Positions 52,901-64,000 of a stretch of 64,000 nucleotides of DNA are shown here, in pieces. Under the pieces are notes generated by a model, which was not told where the DNA came from, ran no database searches, and was given only the letters and a program-made list of their open reading frames with translations. This DNA comes from Octopus sinensis (lineage: Eukaryota): NCBI RefSeq assembly GCF_006345805.1, contig NC_043011.1, positions 48,000,464 to 48,064,463 of the forward strand, given 5' to 3'. A program made the translations under genes and the position numbers. Numbering within the stretch: the first letter of the stretch is position 1; every line of letters starts with the position of its first letter.

Positions 52901-55900
52901 GTAAATAATGTAAATAATGTAAAATAATGATATAATGTAAATAATGCAAATAATGTAAATAATGTAAATAATGTAAATAATGTAAATAATGTAAATAATG
53001 TAAATAACGTAAAAAATGTAAATAATGTAAATAATGTAAATAACGTAAAAAATGTAAAATGTAAATAATGTAAATAACGTATATAATGTAAATAATGTAA
53101 ATAACGTAAATAACGTATATAACGTAAATAATGTAAATAACGTATATAACGTATATAACGTAAATAATGTAAATAATGTGAATAATGTAAATAATGTAAA
53201 TAACGTAAATAATGTAAATAATGTAAATAATGTAAATAATGTAAATAATGTAAATAATGTATATAATGTAAATAATGTAAATAATGTAAATAATGTATAT
53301 AATGTAAATAATGCAAATAATGTAAATAATGTAAATAATGTAAATAATGTAAATAATGTAAATAATGTAAATAACGTAAAAAATGTAAATAATGTAAATA
53401 TATGTAAATAACGTAAAAAATGTAATAATGTAAATAATGTAAATAACGTATATAATGTAAATAATGTAAATAACGTAAATAACGTATATAAGTAAATAAT
53501 GTAAATAACGTATATAACGTATATAACGTAAATAATGTAAATAATGTGAATAATGTAAATAATGTAAATAACGTAAATAATGTAAATAATGTAAATAATG
53601 TAAATAATGTAAATAATGTATATAATGTAAATAATGTAAATAATGTAAATAATGTATATAATGTTAATGTAAATAATGTAAATAATGTATATAATGTAAA
53701 TAATGTAAATAATGTAAATAATGTATATAATGTAAATAATGTAAATAATGTAAATAATGTAAATAATGTAAATAATGTATATAATGTAAATAATGTAAAA
53801 TAATGAAAAAACGTAAATAACGTATATAACGTAAATAATGTAAATAACGTATATAACGTATATAACGTAGATAATGTAAAATAATGTAAATAACGTATAT
53901 AATGTAAATAATGTAAATAACGTAAATAACGTATATAACGTAAATAATGTAAATAACGTATATAACGTATATAACGTAAATAATGTAAATAATGTGAATA
54001 ATGTAAATAATGTAAATAACGTAAATAATGTAAATAATGTAATAAATGTAATAATGTAAATAATGTAAATAATGTATATAATGTAAATAATGTAAATAAT
54101 GTAAATAATGTATATAATGTAAATAATGCAAATAATGTAAATAATGTAAATAATGTAAATAATGTAAATAATGTAAATAATGTAAATAACGTAAAAAATG
54201 TAAATAATGTAAATATATGTAAATAACGTAAAAAATGTAATAATGTAAATAATGTAAATAACGTATATAATGTAAATAATGTAAATAACGTAAATAACGT
54301 ATATAAGTAAATAATGTAAATAACGTATATAACGTATATAACGTAAATAATGTAAATAATGTGAATAATGTAAATAATGTAAATAACGTAAATAATGTAA
54401 ATAATGTAAATAATGTAAATAATGTAAATAATGTATATAATGTAAATAATGTAAATAATGTAAATAATGTATATAATGTTAATGTAAATAATGTAAATAA
54501 TGTATATAATGTAAATAATGTAAATAATGTAAATAATGTATATAATGTAAATAATGTAAATAATGTAAATAATGTAAATAATGTAAATAATGTATATAAT
54601 GTAAATAATGTAAATAATGAAAATAACGTAAATAACGTATATAACGTAAATAATGTAAATAACGTATATAACGTATATAACGTAGATAATGTAAATAATG
54701 TAAATAATGTAAATAATGTAAATAACGTAAATAATGTAAATAACGTAAAAAATGTATATAACGTAAATAATGTAAATAACGTATATAATGTAAATAACGT
54801 AAATAACGTAAATAACGTATATAACGTAAATAATGTAAATAATGTAAATAATGTAAATAATGTATATAATGTAAATAATGTATATAATGTATATAATATA
54901 AATAATGTAAATAAGTATATAATGTAAATAATGTAAATAAAGTAAGTAAATAATGTATATAATGTAAATAATGTAAATAATATATATAATATAAATAATG
55001 TAAATAATGTAAATAATGTAAATAATGTAAATAACGTAAAATAACGAAATAACGTAAATAACGTAAATAATGTAAATAATGTAAATAACGTAAATAACGT
55101 AAATAATGTAAATAATGTAAATAATGTAAATAACGTATATAATGTAAATAAAGTAAATAACGTATATAACGTAAATAACGTAAATAACGTAAATAATGTA
55201 TATAACGTAAATAACGTAAATAATGTATATAATGTAAATAACGTAAATAATGTAAATAATGTAAATAATGTAAATAACGTAAATAACGTAAATAATATAA
55301 AACGTAAATAACGTAAATAACGTAAATAATGTAAATAATGTAAATAATGTAAATAACGTAAATAATGTATATAATGTAAATAATGTAAATAACGTAAATA
55401 ATGTAAATAACGTATATAATGTAAATAATGTAAATAATGTAAATAATGTAAATAATGTAAATACTGTAAATAATGTAAATAATGTATATAATGTATATAA
55501 TGTATATAATGTAAATAATGTAAATAATGTATATAATGTAAATAATGTAAATAATGTAAATAATGTATATAATGTAAATAATGTAAATAATGTATATAAT
55601 GTAAATAATGTAAATAATGTAAATAATGTAAATAATGTAAATAATGTAAATAATGTAAATAACGTAAATAACGTAAATAATGTAAATAATGTAAATAATG
55701 TAAATAACGTAAATAATGTATATAATGTAAATAATGTAAATAACGTAAATAATGTAAATAACGTAAATAATGTAAATAACGTATATAACGTAAATAACGT
55801 AAATAATGTATATAATGTAAATAATGTAAATAATGTAAATAATGTATATAATGTAAATAATGTAAATAATGTAAATAATGTAAATAATGTAAATAACGTA

Positions 55901-57703
55901 AATATTGTAAATAATGTAAATAATGTAAATAACGTAAATAATGTAAATAACGTAAATAATGTAAATAACGTATATAATGTAAATAATGTAAATAATGTAA
56001 ATAATGTATATAATGTAAATAATGTAAATAATGCAAATAATGTAAATAATGTAAATAATGTAAATAATGCAAATAATGTAAATAATGTAAATAATGTAAA
56101 TAATGTATATAATGTAAATAATGTAAATAATGTAAATAATGTATATAATGTAAATAATGCAAATAATGTAAATAATGTAAATAATGTAAATAATGTAAAT
56201 AATGTAAATAATGTAAATAACGTAAAAAATGTAAATAATGTAAATAATGTAAATAACGTAAAAAATGTAAATAATGTAAATAATGTAAATAACGTATATA
56301 ATGTAAATAATGTAAATAACGTAAATAACGTATATAACGTAAATAATGTAAATAACGTATATAACGTATATAACGTAAATAATGTAAATAATGTGAATAA
56401 TGTAAATAATGTAAATAACGTAAATAATGTAAATAATGTAAATAATGTAAATAATGTAAATAATGTATATAATGTAAATAATGTAAATAATGTAAATAAT
56501 GTATATAATGTAAATAATGTAAATAATGTATATAATGTAAATAATGTAAATAATGTAAATAATGTATATAATGTAAATAATGTAAATAATGTAAATAATG
56601 TAAATAATGTAAATAATGTATATAATGTAAATAATGTAAATAATGAAAATAACGTAAATAACGTATATAACGTAAATAATGTAAATAACGTATATAACGT
56701 ATATAACGTAGATAATGTAAATAATGTAAATAATGTAAATAATGTAAATAACGTAAATAATGTAAATAACGTAAAAAATGTATATAACGTAAATAATGTA
56801 AATAACGTATATAATGTAAATAACGTAAATAACGTAAATAACGTATATAACGTAAATAATGTAAATAATGTAAATAATGTAAATAATGTATATAATGTAA
56901 ATAATGTATATAATGTATATAATATAAATAATGTAAATAACGTATATAATGTAAATAATGTAAATAATGTAAATAATGTATATAATGTAAATAATGTATA
57001 TAATGTATATAATGTATATAATGTAAATAATGTATATAATGTAAATAATGTATATAATGTAAATAACGTAAATAATGTAAATAACGTATATAATGTAAAT
57101 AACGTAAATAATGTAAATAATGTAAATAACGTAAATAATGTAAATAACGTAAATAATGTAAATAACGTATATAATGTAAATAATGTAAATAATGTAAATA
57201 ATGTAAATAATGTAAATAATGTAAATGATGTAAATAATGTAAATAATGTAAATAATGTAAATAATGTAAATAATGTAAATAACGTAAATAATGTATATAA
57301 TGTAAATAATGTATATAATGTAAATAATGTATATAATGTAAATAATGTATATAATGTAAATAATGTAAATAATGTAAATAATGTATATAATGTAAATAAT
57401 GTAAATAATGTAAATAATGTATATAATGTAAATAATGTAAATATTGTAAATAACGTAAATAACGTAAATAATGTAAATAACGTAAATAACGTAAATAATG
57501 TAAATAACGTAAATAACGTATATAACGTAAATAATGTAAATAATGTAAATAATGTAAATAACGTATATAATGTAAATAATGTAAATAATGTATATAACGT
57601 AAATAATGTAAATAATGTATATAATGTAAATAATGTAAATAATGTAAATAACGTAAATAATGTAAATAATGTAAATAATGTAAATAATGTAAATAATGTA
57701 AAT
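43978..57703. repeat. 9-bp satellite (AATAATGTA)n, ~13.7 kb, ~1,500 units; main variants AATAACGTA and TATAATGTA
   Basis: Direct; uninterrupted by any other element. Confidence 0.99.
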
Positions 57704-57713
57704 TTACATATTA

Positions 57714-57943
57714 CATTTTTAAAAATCTTTTATCTGTTGCTCATTATATTTATCATTATTATCGTTTACTGTGGCCATGCTGGAGCATGACACAGCTGTG
57801 TGGTAAGAAGCTTGCTTCCCAACCACATGGTTCCGGGTTCAGTCCCACTGTGGGGATCTTTGGGTAAGTGTCTTCTACTTTAGCCTCGGGCCGACCAGAG
57901 CCTTGTGAGTTGATTTAGTAGATGGAAACTGAAAGAAGCCTGT

Positions 57944-57983
<40 letters not shown>

Positions 57984-58624
57984 CAAATATATATATATAT
58001 ATATATACATGTATGTATGTATTTACGTGTGTGTTTGTGTCTGTGTTTGTCCCCCACCTCCATCGCTTGACAACTGTTGTTGGTGTGTTTACATCCCCAC
58101 AACTTAGCTGCTCAGCAGAAGAGACTGATAGAATAAGCACCAGGCTTACAAAGTATAAGTCCAGGAGTCGATTTCTTTAACGAAAAGGCAGTGTTCCAGC
58201 ATGGCCACGTTCAAAGGATTAAAACACAAGAAAGAGTAAAATGAATTACATCTATTTTTATATATTATTAAGCCTGGTACTTATTCTATTGGTCTCTCTT
58301 GCCAAACTGCTAAGTTACAGGGACATAAACACACTACCACTGGTTGTGAAGCAGTGGTGGGGACAAACACACCCACTCACATATACACACAGGGCTTCTT
58401 TCAGTTTCTTATTTATTTACTGCCCACAAGGGGTTACACAGAGGGGACAAACAGGGACAGACAAACGGATTAAGTCGATTATATCGACCCCTGTGCATAA
58501 CTGGTACTTATTTAACCGATCCCGAAAGGATGAAAGGCAAAGTCGACCTCGGCGGAATTTGAACTCAGAACATAGCGGGAGACAAAATACCTATTTCCTT
58601 ACTACCCACAAGGGACTAAACATA
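57714..58624. repeat. Right copy of the ~910-bp direct repeat
   Basis: CATTTTTAAAAATC...GGGACTAAACATA; continues into the rest of the SINE B dimer. Confidence 0.95.
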
Positions 58625-59066
58625 GAGAGGACAAACAAGGACAGACAAACGGATTAAGTCGATTATATCGACCCCAGTGCGTAACTGGTACTTATTTAAT
58701 CGACCCCGAAAGGATGAAAGGCAAAGTCGACCTCGGCGGAATTTGAACTCAGAACGTAGCGGCAGACGAAATACTATTAAGCATTTCGCAAAGCATTTCG
58801 CCTGGCGTGCTAACGTTTCTGCTAGCTCGCCACATTGAAACCACAATCTTACGTTCATGAGTCCAACACCCTAACTACTAAGCCATGCACTAACGTTTCT
58901 ACCAGCTCGCCATCTTCTTTCAGTTTCTGACTACTAAGTTCACTCACTAGGTTTTGGTCTGTTTGAAGCTACAGTAGAAGACACGTGCCCAAGGTGCCAC
59001 ACAGTGGGGCTAGACCAAAAACAATGTACTTGGAAAGTAAAGTTCTTACCACTACAGTCATGCCTG
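58270..59066 (-). mobile_element. Older SINE family A copy split by a B dimer
   Basis: 3' part 58270-58408, 5' part 58914-59066; TSD CTTCTTTCAGTTTC at 58395-58408 and 58914-58927. Confidence 0.82.
58409..58913 (-). mobile_element. SINE family B dimer containing a ~58-bp E-type head fragment
   Basis: Two B bodies joined at AAAATAC|CTATTTC; E head at 58832-58890 between duplicated TAACGTTTCT..AGCTCGCC. Confidence 0.85.
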
Positions 59067-59163
59067 AAGAAAAAATAAGAACTTTAAGCTTTAAGATGAA
59101 AGCACTAATGTGAGGTACATATCTATGAATTTTTTTTTTTTTCTTTCTACAATATACTTGCAG

Positions 59164-59285
59164 CAATTTCTTGAGAGCTTGGTATTCACCATTGGTACTA
59201 AATTGGTTCTTAGAAATTACTCTGTATGATTTTTTGGTCTATGAGAGACAGCAGTCAAATTTTCCTCATATAAGTCACAAATAAG
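59164..59285 (+). other. Candidate spliced exon (probably non-coding or terminal)
   Basis: CTAAT branch-like motif, long T-tract and TTGCAG acceptor; AAG|GTAAGT donor; best frame ends in TAA just before the donor. Confidence 0.3.
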
Positions 59286-60206
59286 GTAAGTAGACTAAGA
59301 TATGTCATAAAATAAGACAGGATGTCACAGTTGAGTGTGGGATGTCTGTGATCATTAGTCAGACAGAACTGGGCTGGTCGTAAGCAAAGCAACAATAAGG
59401 AAAAATAATGATGAGGAGAAGGAGGAGGAGGAGGAAGAGGGGGAAGAAAAGGAGAACAACAGAATGGATAGAATAAAGGCAAAGAACGAAAAGAATTATA
59501 TTCCAAACAAATAAATGGAAGTATTGGAAGAATCGTTGATTCCCTGAAAGTAAATGTCTGTGAATGAAGGAAATGGTAAACACGGCTGGTAGGAGACATG
59601 AGAGAAAAACAACCAATTATGGATTGGGTGTACTACAGTGTGTATAAGAGCATGTGTGTGGGTGTATGCGTTTGTGTGTGTGTGTGTGTGTGTATAATAA
59701 AAGCTGTGTATATATATGTGTGTATGTGTTTATATATATATACTTACATATCTAAATAACACACACATACATACACATGTATGTATGTGTGGGTGTATGT
59801 GTGCCTGCATCCCCGCATGTATGTGTGTGTGTGCATGCTCGCATGTGTGTGTGCCTGTGTGTGTGAGTGTGTGTGTGTGTGTGCAAAATCCAGAACATTG
59901 AGTGATAGTCTATATTTCAAAATTCATTTCCTATCATGTGTAAGCAATTTAGAGGGTTTTGTCATGGAAACCTGAATTTTTGTTTTTCTTTTGTTGCCAT
60001 CATTGACATGTAAAGAAATAAAGGTATTTCTTAACGCCATCATTACCATCATCATCATCATCATCATCATTTTAATCATGAATCTTATCCTCTCTGCTTG
60101 ATAAATTCCACCCTCATTGTCAGCATCATCGTCATCATTACCATCTCCATCTTCACTCATTACAAGCAGCAGTGTCACCACAACAAAAATAGCAACAACA
60201 ACAGCA

Positions 60207-60377
60207 GTGGAGGCACAATGGCCCAGTGGTTAGGGCAGCAGACTCATGGTCGTAAGAACGCGGTTTCGATTCTCAGGTGCATTGTGAGTGTTTGTTGAGC
60301 AAAAACACCTAAGCTACACGAGACTCCAGCAGGGGATGGTGGTGAACCCCGCTGTACTCTTTCACCACTCTTTCTTC
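60207..60377 (+). mobile_element. SINE family C, head and shared 5' body
   Basis: GTGGAGGCACAATGGCCCAGTGGTTAGGGCAGC...CTGTACTCTTTCACCACTCTTTC. Confidence 0.85.
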
Positions 60378-60933
60378 TTACTTCTGTCACAAAGCAGAGG
60401 AACCATGGTGTAACCCACTATGGTATGGTAAACTTTCAGACCCTAGTTTAGATTGCAAATCCTCTGTACCCCAGGATGGTTCAGCTCTCCACCTGTTAAA
60501 AGCCACCGTTTACGGAATGAGGATAACAACGTAGCTTCTGCACCCGTGCAGCTGCCAGTCTATCACCTGTGGTGGGTGGATCTTAAAGTTGCCGCACACA
60601 TTCTTAGTAGTTTAGAGTAGGCTTGAATTAGAGATTATTCTTTGTGGCTAATGGCGTGAGTCCTGATTGGAAGAAGAAGAAGAAGACAACAGCAACAACC
60701 AGCACTTTTAACACTAAATACAACTCTAGAGTATGCCACCAATAATTCAAACATGTGAGAGAAACATTATATGAGTGATTATCTAGTAAGAGATAACAGC
60801 CAAATCTCCCTCAAATCATACATAATGTCCTAGACTCACAAAATAAAACAGGTGAGTCATGCTGGAAGGCTTTCTGATTAAGATCTTAAACACAGCTGAC
60901 CTGGGACTAAAACAACATCTACCAACATACTCA

Positions 60934-61097
60934 TAGGCACAGGAGTGGCTGTGTGGTAAGTAGCTTGCTTACCAACCACATGGTTCTGGGTTCAGCCCCA
61001 CTGCATGGCACCTTGGGCGAGTGTTTTCTACCATAGTATCAGGCTGACTAAAGCCTTGTGAGTGGATTTGGTAGACAGAAACTGAAAGAAACCCGTC
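60934..61097 (+). mobile_element. SINE family A, 5' half
   Basis: GGCACAGGAGTGGCTGTGTGG...ACTGAAAGAAACCCGTC. Confidence 0.88.
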
Positions 61098-61392
61098 TCT
61101 TTTTTCTTTTTCAAGTATCCAAATTGGTGAGACTCCTTTGTCACAAGAAACAATTACTTCACAATGTCCCTTGAAAAGGTAATTTAAATAGTGAAAAGCA
61201 GCTGGGCATCACGACATCCATAAAATATGTATATGTATTAAAAAATTTCTTTGTAAAACGATACTAAACTATGTGAAACCAAAGCATATCTCTTCCACTT
61301 TTTACATATGTTTTCCACATATTTTCAACTTGTAATTTTGCCATGTGGAGTAAACTGATTCTCCAGTATTTTTGCTCCATTTATATTTCTGC

Positions 61393-61435
<43 letters not shown>

Positions 61436-61440
<5 letters not shown>

Positions 61441-61550
61441 GCATCCTTTTTGTCTCAGGAGACAATGGAGTTGCGCATAAAATAGTCTAGTCCGGCTTTT
61501 ACATTTCATGTCCTGATACATTTCCTGCTGTGGCTGTGTAGTCCTATCCT

Positions 61551-61555
<5 letters not shown>
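61436..61555 (-). mobile_element. RTE-clade (BovB-like) LINE terminal ~120 bp inserted in (TA)n
   Basis: Minus strand SRIGLHSHSRKC then stop, and 3' UTR CCATTGTCTCCTGAGACAAAAAGGATGCCAAC, resembling BovB-type ends. Confidence 0.75.
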
Positions 61556-61585
<30 letters not shown>

Positions 61586-61810
61586 GATGTATATATATAT
61601 GTATGTGTGTGTGTGTCTGTGTTTGTCCCTCCAACATCCCTTGACAACCAATGCTGGTGTATTTACGTCCCCGTAACTTAGCAGTCCGGCAAAAGAGACT
61701 GACAGAATAAGTACTAAGTTTACAACAAATAAGTCCTGGGGGTCGATTTGCTCGACTAAAGGCATGGCCACAGTCAAATGACTGAACCAAGTAAAAGAAT
61801 AAAAAAATAA
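61556..61810 (+). mobile_element. SINE family A, 3' half
   Basis: TA/TG tract to GACTGAACCAAGTAAAAGAATAAAA. Confidence 0.88.
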
Positions 61811-62607
61811 AGAACACTTCAGGAAAATAACAAATAAAATGAAATCTTATAATTGTATTATTTGGTTGGTTGGTTGTAAATATGAATCAGGCAAAGACTT
61901 TTGCAAGGTGTCTTATTATTTTGGAAATCACAGAGCGTTCCACATAACATGACGACAGCTTTCAATGGGGAAATCATTTCAGATACTGTACTTCTTTAAC
62001 ATCTACCTTATTGTTCATGAACAATGGCTTGTGAATAATGGCGAGCGCCAGAACTAATAGCAATAGAACTTTGGTCAATTGGCAGTGATTAGTTGTTGTG
62101 GTGACAGTTAATATGGATAGTCTATTCTTAGAGTTATCAAGGATGCTACAAGTGAGTTCAGTTAGTCTAGCCAGTTTAAAGCTTTAAGTAGATTCTCATA
62201 AATTAAACTAATTCAGAAAGATGCTACTAAAAGTGAACCAAGATGATTAGACATAATGACTGCAATGGATGAGAATGAATGGTGTAAGGAGACCAGCGGT
62301 AGCGTGGTGGTGGTAAAGTCATCTCTTTTGGTATATGTGTCTGAATGAAATGTGTGGTTTGTTTGAAGGAGAGCAGAGGAGACACAGGAAGAAATATTTA
62401 ATGAATAGCATATGGTTCTTTAACAGACTAGGTGGAGTGGGACGGGTCTGATTGGTATGCAGGGATAGATAATCACGAACAGGTAGACAGGTGTATATAG
62501 TTATGTGCATACCTACCTATCTGTTTATTTCTGTATGTGTGGGGGATGTGTGCATGTGCGCACGTGTGTGTCTGTGTGTGTGCTTCTTTTATCGTTATCT
62601 TCAATTT

Positions 62608-62757
62608 GTTTCAGTCATGAGGCTATGACCATACTGGGGCATCTTCTTGAAGAATATTTGGTTGAAAGAATTGACTCCAGAACTTTTTTTTTAAGGTTGG
62701 TACTTATTCTATCAGTCTCTTTTGCTGAACTGCTAATTTACAGAGATGTAAACATAC
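62608..62757 (-). mobile_element. SINE family A-related, degenerate 3' fragment
   Basis: GGTACTTATTCTATCAGTCTCTTTTGCTGAACTGCTAA. Confidence 0.65.
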
Positions 62758-63076
62758 AATCATCATCATTGTTCGACCGTGGTCGAGACAGTGGAATTTA
62801 CCATGCTACGAAAACTTCACAGTCCATCATGGCATTACGGAGGTCCTGTTGCTGGATGCCTGTATCCCTGGAGATTACATCAGGGTAGGAGAGTGTTCGC
62901 CCTCTGGTATTGCGAGTAGATGGCTTTCAGAGGAGAAGAGTAGAAATTACTTCTTTTTCAGCTCTACAACAATGTCCAGCAAACTGGACTCTCCTACCTT
63001 TCACAAGAGATGACACAGGTGGTAGTTTCTCATATATTTGCATTTTGGTTGGATGGCGCTTCCACGAGAGAAACAT
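62758..63076 (-). mobile_element. RTE-clade LINE 3' fragment with (GAT)n tail and premature stop
   Basis: FLSWKRHPTKMQIYEKLPPVSSLVKGRRVQFAGHCCRAEKEVISTLLL*KPSTRNTRGRTLSYPDVISRDTG...LRNAMMD: the RTE R..FAGH..R / GR....D / AM.DR pattern. Confidence 0.85.
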
Positions 63077-63769
63077 ATAAACTCTGGTGGATATATGTGT
63101 GTGCATGTGTTTAATTGGAGGTGCATGTATATGTTTGTGTGTGTGTGTGTGTGTATGTGTGTATGGACAAGTGTGTGTAGATATATAAAAAAAAAACATA
63201 GCTAAAATGAAGAATATTAAGCGGTAAGGAGGAGACAAATAAATAAAATACAGATAGTGGAAAAAAACAGAAATATAATAAAATGAAACAACAACTCTAT
63301 TTAGAGAATGTATACAAAGAAATGTGTACAATAGGAATAATTATGCCCAGAACAGAAGAGAATCTAACATTTTGATATACCTTTTATCAAGAACAAATAG
63401 AAATGAAAGAAATAAAATGCCAAAAATAATTCAAAGTAAATATTTGGTCGTGTTTTGATTAGATGGAAATCACCCCGTATTTTGTAATTTGAATTGTGAT
63501 GTTCATGCCTTCCATAGTGTCAAGTGAAAATGTAACCATCCTCTATGGAAGCTTTCTCAAACCTAAACTGTGACGCTAAAGTATCATTGGCAATCCTTAA
63601 TACATTACAATGAATCATAAAGATTAGCTTCAGGCTTTCCTAAAGAGGCTGCAAAAGAAACAACAACAACAAAATTACATTCTGCTTGATGAACTAATGA
63701 TGAGCTTTGACACAATAACCCAACCTGCTAAAAGTTGCATCTAAGTACCTCTTAAGTGATATTCTTATT

Positions 63770-64000
63770 TCTTTATTGCTCACAAGGGGTTAAACATAGA
63801 GGGGACAAATCAGGACAGACAAAGGGATTAAGGCGATTACATCGACACCAGTGCGTAACTGGTACTTAATTTATCGACCTCGAAAGGATGAAAGGCAAAG
63901 TCAACCTCAGTGGAATTTGAACTCAGACTGTAATGGCAGACGAATACCTATTCCTTTACTGCCTACAAGGGGCTACACACAGAGGAGACAAACAAGGACA
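63770..64000 (-). mobile_element. SINE family B dimer running off the window end
   Basis: B body, then junction CGAATAC|CTATTCC near 63948 and a second tail. Confidence 0.88.

Noticed and set aside
43978-57703. Telomeric or interstitial telomeric repeat
   Set aside because: Molluscan telomeres are TTAGGG-type; this unit lacks the G-rich strand
46176-57790. Giant ORFs (2257, 832, 775 and 759 aa; LHY/FTL/IIY/NNV repeats)
   Set aside because: A 9-bp unit with no stop codon in four of six frames is open automatically. The ORFs drift between frames at 1-nt indels and lack real starts and unique domains. The common AAT/AAC variant is synonymous in the NNV frame, but that is too weak without transcript or peptide evidence.
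43065-58624. LTR retrotransposon interpretation of the direct repeats
   Set aside because: No TG...CA ends, PBS, PPT, short TSD or gag/pol; the repeats are ordinary SINE-filled DNA ending mid-SINE

Overview
Very AT-rich, repeat-saturated animal DNA with no supportable protein-coding gene or true RNA gene. The SINE set is one I recognise from octopus (coleoid cephalopod) genomes; this is recall, not a database hit. Family labels below are my own. Contents: (i) dozens of tRNA-derived SINE copies from about five families (A, B, C, D, E), often nested with readable TSDs; (ii) decayed 3' ends of R4/Dong and RTE LINEs; (iii) two mariner relics, plus hAT-like, piggyBac-like (TTAA) and Tc2/pogo-like MITEs; (iv) dense microsatellites, a 42-bp minisatellite, SINE-derived tandem arrays and two long fold-back palindromes; (v) a 100-N gap. 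The dominant structure is a ~13.7-kb 9-mer satellite (AATAATGTA, ~1,500 units, with internal higher-order duplications) lying between two near-identical ~910-bp direct repeats (43065-43977 and 57714-58624), with a fold-back at its right junction. All long ORFs in the track are repeat artefacts. Coordinates were read by eye and element ends are approximate.
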